From Massalongia carnosa (taxonomy: Eukaryota), in assembly GCA_965645245.1 (NCBI GenBank), contig OZ287078.1, forward strand, positions 868,001-932,000: a DNA stretch of 64,000 nt, in the 5' to 3' direction. A program made the position numbers and the translations under genes. Positions 25,973 through 39,947 of this stretch are shown here, piece after piece; positions within the stretch are counted from its first letter, which is position 1, and the number at the start of each line of letters is the position of its first letter. The notes below the pieces were generated by a model. That model did no database searches, was not told the DNA's origin, and saw only the letters and a list, made by a program, of their open reading frames with translations.

Positions 25973-26596
25973 TCTACCCTCATCATCGACCCCATTATTG
26001 ACTAGAACACCTCGCACTTTCACTGAGATCGTTATCTTTGACACTATACTTTAAAGAAGCATGCAGAAAAATGATGTTATCGACGGAAATTAGAAGTTGC
26101 ATGTCGATCGCTTTTTCAAAGATTCTATGGCTAGCGCTCATGCTCAGCAATTGGCTGAAAGGGACTTATTGACCTCAGCCAGAGCCTCAATTGCTAAGGC
26201 AGCGCGTAAAAAGCTTGCTGGAACTGTTGCTCAGTCAGGTGGGGTCATCACCGTTCGAGATTTACGTGCTAAAGTCACCAAACGACATGAAGATGAGGTG
26301 GAAAAGGCACAGAAGGCCTTGGACCGAGCTAAAGCGGCCGCATTGAAAAAGCAACAGGTCATCGACAACGCCGAAAAGAAGCTCTAGAAAGGCCTATTTC
26401 GTGAGGCCAATATCTTCCTTCGAGCGCGTAAAAAATGGGAGGTTGAAAGGACCAAATGGTGGAAGGTTTTCCGTAGTCAGATTGAACATGCATAGTTAAT
26501 TTGGTCTTTGAACCGGTTTGGACTTTGAGCCGTTGGGCACTAGTAAGCGAAAACGATTACTGGTGTGGCACGATTAGCCGACTCGCTTCGATTACT
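25973..26596 (+). mobile_element. 3' fragment of a probable Fot1/pogo-like DNA transposon
   Basis: ORF 26097-26387 (..RTPRT.., VAQSGGVITV, basic coiled-coil tail) resembles the C-termini of fungal pogo transposases; putative TIR near 26555-26596. No catalytic domain in view. Confidence 0.55.
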
Positions 26597-26793
26597 AGTT
26601 TCTTAGCTTGATGTTAACAGCAGGACATTACGTAGTATGTAGTTGACTGGCTTCGACAACATATGTACCTCTGTACTCTGTAAAGAACTAGTATATTAAC
26701 ACAACTATAGGTGTCATCCTGAAAGTTTTATAACAAAATAACTATGCTCAACCTCCATACGAGTGTTTAGTTTCAGGTGGATATCTAAGAACC

Positions 26794-29651
26794 ATGCCAT
26801 CGGCTTTAGACAGCCATAATGGCTGGGAATATGCCGCGCAACAGGTGGATTTTCTATCCTAGGTCCGGTGCGATCATGAGCAGGTGCTGACACCAGTATC
26901 TGACAGGTTATGGTTGCTCCTGATTCCGAATATTTCGACCTGCTCGTTTCTGCGATAAGAAATGCTGAAATTGGTGGGCGTGAGCGACAGCTTCTCCAAC
27001 TATTTACTCAATACTTGGGAGAACGTGAGGCGGAGATAGAGAGAATCTGCAACACCAACCATCAAGGATTTATGACCTCAGTCAACCAGCTGCTACGTGT
27101 GCGTGAAGGCACTATCAGTTTAACATCTGAAATACTTGGGCTAAATGAGTCAATCCTCTCGAGCACCGAGAAGCTAGCTGCTCAAAAGAAGTCTCTCGTC
27201 GAGTCACGCGGTGTGCGACAGAACATTGCTGAAGCTACAATAGTTTTACAAGATTGCCTGGAGGTTTTACGTTCTTCAAACCAGGTTCATGATCTACTCG
27301 GGAGGAAGAATCACTATTCGGCCCTTAGAGCTCTCGCTGAGCTTCAAAATGTTCATTTGAAAGAGATTAACGATTTCAAGATCGCTCAGATGATTCAAAA
27401 GTCGGTGCCAATGACGGAAAGGCTGATTTCTGAAGCTGTAATGGCAGACCTGAATACCTGGCTTCTCCGAATTCGGGAGGCATCCCAGTTCTTAGGTGAA
27501 GTAGCCTTCTGTAATACCGAGCAGAGGAGAACTAGGCAAAAGGATCGAGCAGAAACTTCTTCCTATTTAAGCAATTTTAAGCTGAACTCAGCGCTTGAGC
27601 TTGTTTCGGACGAGAATGAGGAGTTCAATATCTTAGAAAACGAAGACGTTCAAGTTGATTTTGCGCCCCTGTTTGAATGCATGCATATACATAATGCTCT
27701 TGGGCAAAGCGATAAATTTCGTGCTGCATATGCGTTGACACGAAGACAGCAAAAAGACCTTTTGATGCCCGCTTCGATAACTTTGACCGATGTAGAAGCG
27801 GCAAGTCTAAGTGAACTTCTTGAAGGAATTGCCGGTTTCGCAATTGTCGAAAAGGCGACAATTAAGAAAGCCCCCGAGCTGAGGTCCACAGCAGATGTAT
27901 GTAATCCACACGTATCTTCCAGGTGAACGGCATCTGACTCCTTATAGGTCGACGAATTATGGGATTCAATGTGCCAGACGGCAATATCCTTGATATCAAA
28001 AGCATTGCACGAAGTTGAAAATGCCGAGGTTCTGCTCAAAATCAAGGGAGTCGTTGCACTCTTCATACAAACCATGGATGTAAGCCATTAGTCGTAAGTA
28101 TTTTGACCTTCGTCTAACGGCTATTCGATACATTTATAGTCTTGGAACTATTCTATCCGAGCGCTCGATAATTTTCTGCTTGTACTATTCGAAAAGTACG
28201 CAGAACTGCTGAAGAAAAGATTCAGTGACGACTTTCAAGAAGTACGGACCATTGTATATTTGTAATAGTTTCATGTTGACAGTTGCACCCAGATTGTATC
28301 GACAGATGATTATATGCCAATGGCAATCAGTAAACTAGACGAATATGATAAAGTCGTCAATGTCAGTTGGTATACACCCGATAAACCGCGTGAAGATCTA
28401 CGGTAAGAACATCCAGCTCTTCTATATGCAAAAATAGTAGTAGCTAAGCTAGTCTAGGTTCCCCTGCGCACTCCCGTTTTCTCAAATGTATCCACTATGT
28501 TGTATAGATATAAGAAATTTTCTCAACCAATTCTACTTCTTCTCGGATGATCATTTTGAGCATTCAAGAGTTATCGATGAGACTCTCAAAACTGTATAAG
28601 TTTTCTTAGGAAAACGCATCCACACAAGCTTAGGTAAGCTAATGGTTGCATAGTCCCTTGACGAATTACTTTCAGAGAAAGTTTGCCAATCCCTGGTCCA
28701 GCGTCTCAGTTCCCAATATCTCGGCCAAATTGTTCAGATTCTCACTAATCTAGAGCATTTCGAAACTGCCTGCCTAGAGCTTGAGCAGCTGCTTGTAGCA
28801 GCTAGATCCACCGCATCTGCTGGGGAGAGCGTTGTTTTAAAGGCTACAGCCGAGTTTCGAGGCAACAAAAAGACGGCGGAAAAGCGGATTTTTGAGCTAG
28901 TTAACTCTAAAATCGATGATCTAATTGGCACAGCAGAATACGACTGGTGCGCAACAATTAATCTGAGCTCCTAGGAGACTACCTTAGCTTGTTTTGCAGT
29001 AACTAATCAAGTACTTCGCAGGATGGCGCTCAAACTCGAGACTGAGCCTAGTAACTACATGCAAACCTTAACCCGATATCTGTCCAATATAATGGGTTCC
29101 GTTCTTTTGGGCCTACCCACAGAGATCAAGGAGTTGATTTACTTCGATGCTCTTAGCCATGCCGCAACCATGATATTAGTAAGATCTTCCCCCTTTCCCC
29201 CTTCACATAGAGTATGCTGGATGAAAGAAAGAGAGTATTCATACAAATTCTCTATTAGTCGCTCCCACTGTCCCCGGAAGTGAAACGGATAAACGCAAAC
29301 GGCGTGGCCGCGCTCGCCAACGACATCAAGTATCTCGCCGAATTCGTGGACACGCTAGGAAACCCGATTTTCCGCGAGAATCTGGACGAGCTCCAGCAGA
29401 CGGTGGCGCTGCTGCAGGCAGACAACTCGAACGAGTTTTACGATGTGTCGACCAGAAACAAGAAATATGGCCGAGTCGACGCTATGAATGGCCCTATGCT
29501 TCTGGAAAAGTATGTTTATCGAAAAACAGCCCAACGTAGGTTATTGGGCAGGAACGTGCTGACTGGGGATAGACTCGCACCTGTGATACAGAGCCCGATT
29601 AAGACGGATAAGTTTACGGCGCTATCGTCGAGATTTGGCATGAAGTCATGA
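26794..29651 (+). CDS. SEC15: Exocyst complex component Sec15 (multi-exon)
   Basis: EIERICNTNHQGF, FPCALPFSQMYPLCC and RIFELVNSKIDDL motifs; GT-AG introns. Confidence 0.93.
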
Positions 29652-30198
29652 AGCCATCCTGGGTGGCGGAGATTTTTTTTTTTTGCCCGATACTCATGGG
29701 CTTTGGTCTTTATAGCTGCGCTTCAAACATGGAGATTGGTAGCATGATCATGAGTAATACTCAGAAGCGTGGAATTGTTGTATTATATCGGGTGTTTCAA
29801 CTGACAGTTGATATCTAATTTACATGGTGAGGCATGTAGATATTATCAGTAATCGGGTAGGAAACCTCGGACATCGGAAATCAACCCTTCGCCCAGCTAT
29901 CCCAGACTGTTTTACTAAATCACAGGCTTTGTCTACATACATGAATAATCACAATCCGCCACGCGAAGCACGGGGTTTTTTTTAAAAAAAAAAAAAAACC
30001 TTGAAGGCTTTCGTGAACATAATCTATTCCAGATTTGCGTCTGAGCTGAGAAAGAAATGAGAAAACGATCAGACTCTAAATCGACTATTTTAGTTGAAGA
30101 AAGATTCAATTCCTGGCCATTTAAATCTCTTACCGGTACCCAAATAGCAGTTGATATTGGAGATCTTCCATTCAGCAAATACACGGCGATAATTCGTT

Positions 30199-30681
30199 TT
30201 AAGCGACTTCGTAATCTCGATCACCTTCGGCGTCCGCATCCCCCTCTCCAGCATCGTGTCGTTGGTAGTGATGACCTGAATCCTGGGCCCCTGAGGGGTC
30301 CTGGCCTCTCTGATTGACTTGATACATCTGCGATGCAGTTGTGAGCAACCCAACAGGGAAAAGCCACATAATTATCGCCTCACCCGATATTTATGGATGC
30401 GACATCGTCCCCACCGTTATTGAGAGTCGGACATAGACCAACGTACCTGCTGTTGACCCATTGACGGATAGCTGTATATCCCCTCGAATATCTGCTGCTG
30501 CGGCTGTCCATAATTATTAGCCGCGTCTGGCGGCACTTGGGGTGCGTATATGTTAGGTTGCGGTCTGTAGTCCTGCTCCTGTGGCAGAGGATTATTTCCC
30601 ATAGATGGGTAATCAGAGGGGCCCATATGATGCTGTTGTTGCTGTTGTTGCTGTTGTTGTTGTTGTTGTTGTTGTTGTTGC

Positions 30682-30747
<66 letters not shown>

Positions 30748-31650
30748 GAGTGGCTCGAGGGCTGTTGCTGTTGGACGCTGTTCTGTGGAGGAAGAATTTG
30801 GCCACTAGACGGGGAGGGAGCTGGCGCTGCGCTTGTGGACCCAGCCCCACCGTGAGGTACTGTCCGCTTAGCGTGGCTTGCGGCTTCTTCCCGGGGAACA
30901 ATGTCGATCAGAAAATCAAACATGTCTGACTTTGCTAAGGCTGAGGCAATATCTGAACGTTGCAGCGTCCGTCGTTTGTTTTCCTCGGCATGGATCCAGG
31001 CGCGCATCGTCAGTTCTGTTATGAATATATCACACCCTTTGGCAAATAGTATAGGAGCTTCCGCCGAAATCATCTTGACCTCAGGATCAGCCTTCATAAC
31101 CTTTTTGATACGAGCTAGGGGTAGCTGATGAAGCTTGTAGTCATGAGTTTCGGTCTCAAGGTGGTTGATTGTTTGTTGCCAATATGTAGTCAGAATATCA
31201 CGATAATTGCCATGCAGGCCTTGGTTGACCTATTCTTTGTCAATTATGCCGATAGTCTACACCGTCCGTTGAAAGACTGATTACATTGGCCCAGGCACCC
31301 TGATATAGCTCTGCTACAGGCGCAAAACCCTGTGCGGAAAGCTGCAAGTAGTTTCAGCGAGACGCACTTAAATGGCCATGCCATTGTAGCCGGTATTTGA
31401 ATTCACCTACCGCAGCGCTTGCGCCTATTTAACGGGTTCATTAGCAGAAATTTGAACCAAGTCTGCTGCTTAAAGAAGCCAGCATTTGTCACATCGTAGC
31501 CAATACAAAGCCCATGGTGACTCTGCGCCATTGAGAAAGCGCTCGATGATGAAGGTTACGCAACATACCGTAGTGTCCTCCTACATTGGGGTCATATACC
31601 GGCTGCTGGCGTTGCGGTTGCTGCCCGGAACCAGGAGGGTTTGGATCCAT
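30199..31650 (-). CDS. HAP5: CCAAT-binding factor subunit HapE/Hap5 (NF-YC) with polyQ tract
   Basis: Histone fold [39 protein letters not shown]; multi-exon. Confidence 0.95.
30633..30746 (-). repeat. (CAA/CAG)n microsatellite encoding about 38 Gln
   Basis: 114 bp of TTG/CTG on the plus strand, in frame in HAP5. Confidence 0.95.
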
Positions 31651-32602
31651 AATCGAGAAATTTTGCTAGTACGTCAAACAGAAAATAATTATGCTTGACA
31701 AGCAGTCTAGATGCCAATGAGATGAATGTCAAGCTCGTGATGGATACCGGAAAACAAGGGAACGCAGGGTAGCCGAGTATTTGTATGACCAGGACCAATT
31801 TTTAATGTTATGATCAATTGCGGGAGTAGATATGGGGAATGCGTGGTTATATGGATATAGACGTGAGAATCCGTGGAAGAAAGCATATAACGAGGCGGAT
31901 AGCGAGGCCTCAAGAGAGAAGTTTAGATAACTATCGGGATGAGGCGGCAAAGGAACTTTAACATGAGGGAAGCTTCTGATACGCCAATGGATCCCACGAT
32001 TGAGCTGTACTATTCAAGCGAATCAACTAAATGTTGGGCGGATATTGTTTATACAGATACAGTATATTGTACAAAATAGCGATACATGTTATAATAGTAA
32101 CGATATCTTATATTTAGGTCAAGCAGGGATACACTTTCTACTTTCTATTTTCTACTTCAACCATTACAATCTATGACGCCAATCAAGTCTTGTATCATGA
32201 TGTACAAAATATTGCAAACAGAATGTTGTTCCGGCGTGCTTGTACTTTGTACTCTATATGTCTACTCGAATTAGCAGTGAACGGTGGCTGAACAACTCTC
32301 TTGCAACATTAAACATTAAATAGGGAGGCGGAAGTGGGGCGGCGAAAATGAGGCGAATACGGTGGTAATATAGGGACCTTGTCAGGAAGATATGTACAAC
32401 TTCTTGAAAAGTGCTCGGTTTTTAAAATTCAGGTTAGTATAACACTCTAGTAAAGTACTACTTCAATACTCCGTACGGAGTACTCCGTACCTATTATCCA
32501 ATGATTTGATCGGTCTGAATAGAGTCTAACCCGAACAGGAAACGAATAGATTTACCTTGAAGAAATTTGTTTTCGACATTGAAAAACTGATTGTAGGACA
32601 TT

Positions 32603-33568
32603 ATGTCGTTAGAACCCATTGCAACGAATGATGAATTCCCACAGAGTGAGGTTAAGCAACTTCTTTCTAATGCAGAGAAACGATTGAGAGAAAAGCCAAA
32701 GGACTCCTCCGCTGCTATCATCAAGGATTTCTCTACAAACTCACATATAGAAATTTCACCAAAGTATGAACCTTGAGACCGGTTCCAACGAACGTCCCTG
32801 CTAACAAACTTATAGGCACCGCAGACTCAACACTAAGACTATGATACAGCCATATGTAATCTCTGTGAACGGTTTGGCTCGCGCGGAATCGTTTCGTTTT
32901 CTTGAACATGAAGACCGAAAATTCGCGAATATAATGAAACAAGAAGTAAAGGAAGACAAAAAAAAACTAAACCAGGTAATCGAGATTTCTTCTCTAAACC
33001 TTTCTTGCCTATGAGGAAAATATATTTCATTCCCTTGATGCAGATGTCACAATCCCGTCATGGGAGCCTGCTTTGCAACTCTGAGAGTATTAGATACATA
33101 GTTACTCTGAGGCGTCCTAAATTCAATCTTTATTGGAATTGTACAGTCTTTCCACTAATGTCTTGACTAATATATTGCAATCAGCAGAAGAAGTTTCACG
33201 CTGGTCCTGACTGGTTTCAACTTCCCCTGACAGAGCTCACCCCGGAGTTGAAACGAGATCTAAGTATATTAAAGATGCGTTCTGTGCTTGACCCGAAAAT
33301 CCATTACAAGAAAGAAAGTATCAAAGCACAAATACCAAAGTTTTCCCAGGTTGGAAACCTTATACAAGGCCCAACTGAATTCTACAGCTCCAGGATCCTC
33401 AATAGAGATCGACGGAAGACAATTGCTGATGATATTTTGGCTACCGAGAAGTCTACCGGCCGATTTCGGAAAAAGTATGATGATATTCAGTCAGCGGCAA
33501 CAAGTGGTAAAAGGGCCTTCTACAAGAACTTGAAGGGGAAAAGAATGCAAGGGATCAGAAAGCGCTGA
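32603..33568 (+). CDS. FCF2: rRNA-processing protein Fcf2 (5' exons approximate)
   Basis: AGPDWFQLP..ELTPELKRDL..LKMRSVLDPK.HYKK Fcf2 domain. Confidence 0.85.
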
Positions 33569-33816
33569 ATCCGCCTGGGGAAATATTTTCTGGCGAAGGA
33601 TAAGGGCAGAGCAAGGTCGAATCAGCTAAGAAGTCGGCTACTTTCAAGAGAGGCTTAAAATTCTCTTGGTCCTTTTAGCAACATTATGAGCGTGGCTTTG
33701 ACAAACGTAATGCTCATGACGGGTCTTTTCTGATAGGGTTGGGAGTTTGCCGCTGTATCTATTCCTACACCACCCGAATCTGGATCAACAGCGAGTATCC
33801 GCTGTGATCGATTTAC

Positions 33817-35087
33817 TCATAACAAGCTTTCAAGGACTAATTGCGTTAATTGCTAGAACCTTAATATTAGCAGAGGCATACACCTATCTTTACGCCGGCC
33901 AATAGACAAACCTGAAGAACATCCGCTGAGTTTGCAGCAACAGCCAAAACCTCTTCATGTGTTGCTCTACCCTTTTCAATAGTCTTAATCATCTCCTCTT
34001 CGGTTAGATGTTCAAGCTGAGTATCATCTCCTCGAGTCACGGATTCAAGCACGGCGTTGTTGGTGACAAGGCTTAAAGCTAGTACACGTATGCTACAATG
34101 GCGGGCTACTATAATTTCTGGCACTGTAGACATTCCAACCAGGTCTGCGCCCAGGCTACGCAAAAGGCGGCATTCGGCCCTCGTTTCATAACTTGAGCTC
34201 GTTAACTATTATCGGCTCGATCAAAGGGTCCGAATTCACCTGGGACCTCCGACAAAGGCATATATGCCCTCATGCAGCCGCTGGCTGGCTGTTTTGTATG
34301 TTATTTGCTTCCAGAACTGATGTGTTCGACACCGTAGGCTGAGGTCGTACGCATCAGAGAGCGCAGGAAAGCGAGTCCCAAAATCGTCTGCGTTAGGCCC
34401 TCGTAATGGGTGGATGCCCGCAAGGCCAGCTAGATTGATGTGCTTTGCACAGCTTAGCTTCCCAGCTAATACGCACCATCTACCATAATCTTACGTCATT
34501 AAGGACAACAATATCTCCAATTGCATAATCAGGATTAAGACCGCCAGCAGCATTTGTTACTAGACCTTGAGGTTAACGGTTGAAATCTATGTGAGAGAGC
34601 CAAGGCACCTATTATTGTTTTCACCCCTAATAGACTCATAAGCCGAATTGGAAGAGTGATACTTTGGATAGAATTCCCTTCGTAGTAACTGGTAGATAGG
34701 ATAAATAAGCATAGTTCAATAGGCCTACATAGCACAATAGACTGACTGGGCTCTCCCAACCATGAGAACAACTGGGCAGGTAGATGATCCGAGTAAGCCA
34801 AACAGGAGCTTTCCCGCATGACCATGAACTACAACCCACATTAAGATAAGTGATTTACGCCTTTTTATGCCGGACATATGTAAATATCGATTACCTTTAC
34901 TCTCTGGAAAATGAGGTATATCCTCGTAGTGTACCTCCTGACGTGGATGAAGCAGCAAGGTATTCGCCATACCACCAAGTCCAGAGCCACATATCATGCC
35001 CACTGCAGGTCGATCGAGCTCTGGAGGTATTAAATCTTTTATGTACTGAAAAGCCTCCTCAGCGTACTGGGACGTGGTATCGTCCAT
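33817..35087 (-). CDS. PNP1: Purine nucleoside phosphorylase (multi-exon)
   Basis: [22 protein letters not shown] and [12 protein letters not shown] motifs. Confidence 0.93.
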
Positions 35088-35292
35088 GACCGAATGCACT
35101 GCTACTCAACCGGGCGATGTGAAAACTGTACAAGGTTTCCCGACAACGCGCTTATGTAAGTTTTAATATTCGTTTCGAATGATATGAAAGAGTTCTTCAT
35201 CTCCTATTTACCGGCGAAGACTCTTTCAGTATGAGAGCAGTCACAAGATTCGGATATCGTACGCTTGAGATATTCTTGCCTCAGCTCAAAAT

Positions 35293-36259
35293 ATGTCCTA
35301 TGGTACGGTCTCGCCATGGCTCAATCTTAAGAAACGCCTTCTCTACAACATCCGTCCAAAAACAAGAGCACGCCCCGTTCAGCAATTCAGAATTGTAAAT
35401 CACCCGTTCTTCCCTCTCTATCAAACATGGAATATTTGTTAACCTGGTTCGTTGAAAGGCTTGGTCAAGGTCTACTACGATCACCAGTATCATCACAGGA
35501 TTCAAAAGCATTCCATCCTCCGCAAGATAGTTTAACAAAGTACAAAGTTCCGCTATCATTGATAGGCTTCTTTTCTAAACTCTCACGTAGGCGTCCCGAG
35601 GGACTTTTGTCAGATGAATCGCCGATTCCTCGACTACCTCGAAGCGTACAAGCCATTTACTTGAAACCGTTGAAGCGCAAGGCAAACTATGGAGTGCCAG
35701 CGTGCGATTTGCAGCTACGCTCCTACAGCGTAAGAAACCTTGAGTTCTTTACCGATTTTGCTCTTCGAGCGGCCTACTATCTACATCTTCCTGCTGCCGG
35801 GCCAGTTCCTCTGCCTAGAATTACGGAGCGGTGGACAGTTCCAAGAAGTAATTTCGTGCATAAGAAAAGCCAAGAAAACTTTGAGAGAATCACGTTGAGG
35901 CGCCTAATCCAGATTCAAGACGGAAATCCAGAGACAGTTGAGATATGGCTTGCCTTTCTACGGAAACATGCTTATTATGGGATTGGTATGAAGGCCAATG
36001 TATGGGCATACGAGAAACTAGGTACATATCACACGTTCATGCATCAGTTTTACTTGCAAATTTCCGCTTTTGGCTAATTTAGGTGACAGGCGTTGGAAAA
36101 ACCATGGATATTAGCCTGGGTAATATAGAACATGTTCTGCAGCCAAGATGGGATCAGTTTGGGAGACGAAAAAACCGCGAAACCTCCGAAAAGGTTCTTG
36201 AATTGATGACCAAGGAGAACTTCAATCATACATTGGTCGCGCCAATGAGCGAAAAGTAA
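35293..36259 (+). CDS. RSM10: Mitochondrial ribosomal protein uS10m (start approximate)
   Basis: LQLRSYSVRNLEFF.DFALRAAYYL..PA.GPVPLPRITERWTVPRSNFVHKKSQENFER. Confidence 0.9.
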
Positions 36260-37703
36260 AGAGCGAACGATATCTAAAAATGAAGTTTAACAGAGCAGCC
36301 TTCCCGGAAGACGGTAATACCAGCATTCACCCCACATTATCTCCATCTTCGCCTTCGCCTCCACTTCTAGCTCTTATTCCGGGTCTCGCTATAGCTATAG
36401 CTCCAAACTAACCCTCCACCTCTATCCATTCCCTCACTCCCTACGCTTCATCGTAACTGGAAAGAGGCTAGATTGGCTAAGATAGCTAAGCTTGAAGGGT
36501 TCAGGAAGGATATCTGAATTGAAGAGTTCATTGAGATTAGAAAGAGTTGTTGATGCGTTGCGCGGCTCAAACTATTCAGAGAGACAGTGAGGGCTTATGG
36601 ATTACTACAGGGATATGCTTAAGTGGCTGAAACACGGAGCTGAAGTGAGATTATGGCCTACCGGGGGGTTCCGTCTGAATATCACGGAATCGTGGGTTTT
36701 GTTGAAGGGCAATACCAGCCAACATCACTGGAAAAAAGGCATTACCCCAGATATGATACGCAAGATTAAGAGTCAACACATGCTTATCAAACTTTAACCT
36801 TCAGCTTTTCCCCATGAACTCTCAAGTTACATCTTAAATTTCATGAAATCAAAGTCGTCAAGGCTTTTGTCATGAACAGCGCAGTACTCTTGATAACCAC
36901 TAAGTAATCATGCTAAACAGCGTTCAAAACAATAGTACACTACTAAACCTTCACATACAGCCCTATCCACCAAGACTCCAAGACATGCTTTTACATTTCC
37001 ATTTCCATTGTATTGCATACATAATAATTATCAGGGGTTTCCGTGCCCATCCCTCGTTTCTTTTTTTTTCTTACCTTCAGCAAAGAAATCCCCCCACCTA
37101 TTTCCAAGGGAAAACTCTGCGCTTACCTTACATACATTCATCTATTCGACTAATTACTTTGCCGTCTTAATTGAACATAGTTATGTAAAAACGAGTAAAG
37201 TACTTACTCCGAGGAGGCACACCCAAGCCTATTCAACCTTTGTGCCAGGGGTACATACATATACGCGCGTAGGTAGGTATAGTTAGGTAGGTAGATATAT
37301 ACCTTACCGCTCGCTTTGGAATTGCCGGCGACGAGTTGGTTCATTGGCCTGTCCTGTCAGGTTTTGCTGTAGGGGAGAGAGTCCTTCTGTGATTAAGCAG
37401 GGGGGGGGACCATGGTTGTGGATTTGCCGCATTGGTGATGCTCAGGGGGGCCGGGGAGGAGTGGGAGTGGGTGTGTGAAGGACGAGAGGCTGAGGTCGGA
37501 AGGGGGGTTTTAGACGTACGATTAGTATACATTCATCTTTTTAACTTTGAGTACATGGAATTGAGTATTTGATGCTCTCCTCCTGAGGCTCTGAAACCAA
37601 AATACCCGTTTAAATCCACAAATATACCCTTGTACGATACAGTTATGGCAGAAGCTCTGTTTAAGCTCCAATATACAAACTCGTTCCCCCAAAATCCAAT
37701 TCA

Positions 37704-39397
37704 TCATACAGGCGTAATTTGGTTATCGGGCAAACAAACCATTTCGTTCGCATAGGCTCTATATCGACTGAGTAAATCTGTGGTGTAACAGTCGTGTTGG
37801 GTCATGAAGGTAAAGTGCGCAACGCTGGCGTGCGTATTGATCAGCAGAGCTGATAATCGATATAGCACCATCGTCAGTTGTTTTCCCTTGCCTGAAACGT
37901 GCATTTCGTGCGGGGGTTGGGAGGTTTCAAAAGAACATGAGCGGAGCGACCTACGCCTTTGTAGCTTTTGCGGTAGCTTCCATGATAGCGCCGGCTCATC
38001 CACGTCAGGAAAAGGGAAATTGGCCACCACGTCATCCCCTAATATACACAGGAAGTTTATGTTCATCCGTGAATCGCCCATGGTGTAAATGCTTTCCCGC
38101 TCATTGGTTTTCCTGCCAAAATGATATCGGTCCATCTCGCCGGCCTCGATATTCTGTAGTAGCGAATAATGCTGTTGAGCGGCTATTGCCCAGCTCTTCC
38201 ATCCATTGCCATATGCATCGAATTCGGTCTCGGAAATGGGGGTACGCATCAAGCTATTGTTATTGTCTCGGAGAGGGAGCCAGCGGTGACCACTGAATGG
38301 AGGAGCGCCGGGGTCGTCAGGCTCAACCACACCATCGTTATTTGTGCCCCTGCCCAGCGGGAAAGTAATATTGTCACCTTTCCACTGGGGAAGGGATGAA
38401 GCCCGCCAAGCTTTTGATATCGAAGAACTTTGCTCAGCTTTTTCATCCGGCGCTTTGGTCTCGGGCAAATAGGCATGAATGGCCCCCATATGATAATGCA
38501 GCCAGCTGAGGGAAGGGCTGTTAATAATGTTAGCCGATACGGCAAATGCGTCCGGATGGTTGATCTTTGTATAAATCAAATTTGGGATGGCATTCTCGTG
38601 AATAAATACCTGGAGGCCGTTAGCTCGAGCCGAAGAAGATGCACAACTCAACCAACTATGTCATCATCAATCTTGATATAAATATTTCCTTTCTTAACGC
38701 CATGCTTCCACACGCTGTCAAACCCCAGACCTGGAAGCACGGTTTTTTTATACCCATCGCTAGTTTTTACTAATTTATCAAGATATTCCAACGCGTCTTT
38801 GTGATCTGTATTTACAGCCCAGTGGACTTCGTCCAGAAAGCCCCCGTTTGAAGCAAGATTCTGCTTCAGATAGCAATCGAGAATTGATACAGTTTCCGGG
38901 CGACCGTAGAAAACTAGAGCTATAATCTTGATGCCTGTCGGTTTTACCCATAGCTGAGCTTTGGAATCTTTCTCAATTGTAGGTTGTGAAAGATTCGAAG
39001 CCCCAGGAACTGCGGCAAGCTGCTCCGTTTCTATTGCTTGTATTGCTTGTGTTGCTTGTGCTGCATGTGCTACTTGCAGTTTTTGTGCTTCTTGTGGGGA
39101 CTGTGATGTATGTGGCGTGGAGGTAAAGTGTACCAGTGGTATGGTCTTTAACTTTACTGCCAGCTCTTCCTGGTGCTGTCGGACTAACAACAAGAGCGAT
39201 AATACAAAAACGACGCCAAGCGCTGTCAAATAATGTTTCCGCTTCAACCATAGAAATGATGACCTATTGAGCCACGTCTTCCCCTGGCGGCTTCGTCGCG
39301 GGATTTTTTGCATCTCAATAACACCTAAGTTATCCCTGCTGGAGGATGATGATCGCAAAAGGTTTGCGCCATCCTCGTTCGAGTCTAGGATAGCCAT
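37704..39397 (-). CDS. Conserved fungal type II membrane protein, putative GT-A glycosyltransferase-like
   Basis: N-terminal TM helix; VFYGRPETVSILDCYL; YIKIDDDIV (DxD-like); VSANIIN; two introns. Confidence 0.7.
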
Positions 39398-39947
39398 AGT
39401 GGGAAGCGATGAAGCTGTGGAGGATACACAGTTACCCAGTCCCTAAGATGCGGAAAAGGAAAAAATATTAATGGAAGTGTTCTTGAGATTCAGAACTCCC
39501 AGATCCTCATCCTTCGGCACTACGCCGCAGACAGATTCAGGGGTTTAGGTGGGGTGTCTAATCACTTGGCGGACCATTTAAATGGCCCTTATCAGTAATT
39601 TTCATTAATCATCACAACAAAATCTTGTGACGTTTTGAACTGTCAAATTACTGAAGCAACGATATAAATGGTTGTGACTGAACTTACAGCATCTATGATG
39701 TCTATAGTGAGCAATGCTAAGATCATACTATATCAAGGCAGTTTTACATTAATCTCGAAACGCGATGGTCTAGCCCAAGGTTGCTGCACCGAATGCAAAA
39801 TTCTTCGAGCATCTTCAGCTCATACTTTCGGTTCTCAATGTTCTCGAGGAAATGTATTTAACTTCCTGTATTGCGCCCCTAATACAGGGGCCAAAGTCTG
39901 AAAGAAATACAAAGCACGATTAGACACCGCTATGCAAATCAAATTGA

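Noticed and set aside
30380..30901. Poly-Asn, poly-Leu and poly-Val ORFs
   Set aside because: Alternative frames of the HAP5 polyQ microsatellite.
36300..36800. Possible small gene or pseudogene (ORF 36597-36797)
   Set aside because: No recognisable homology or splice structure.
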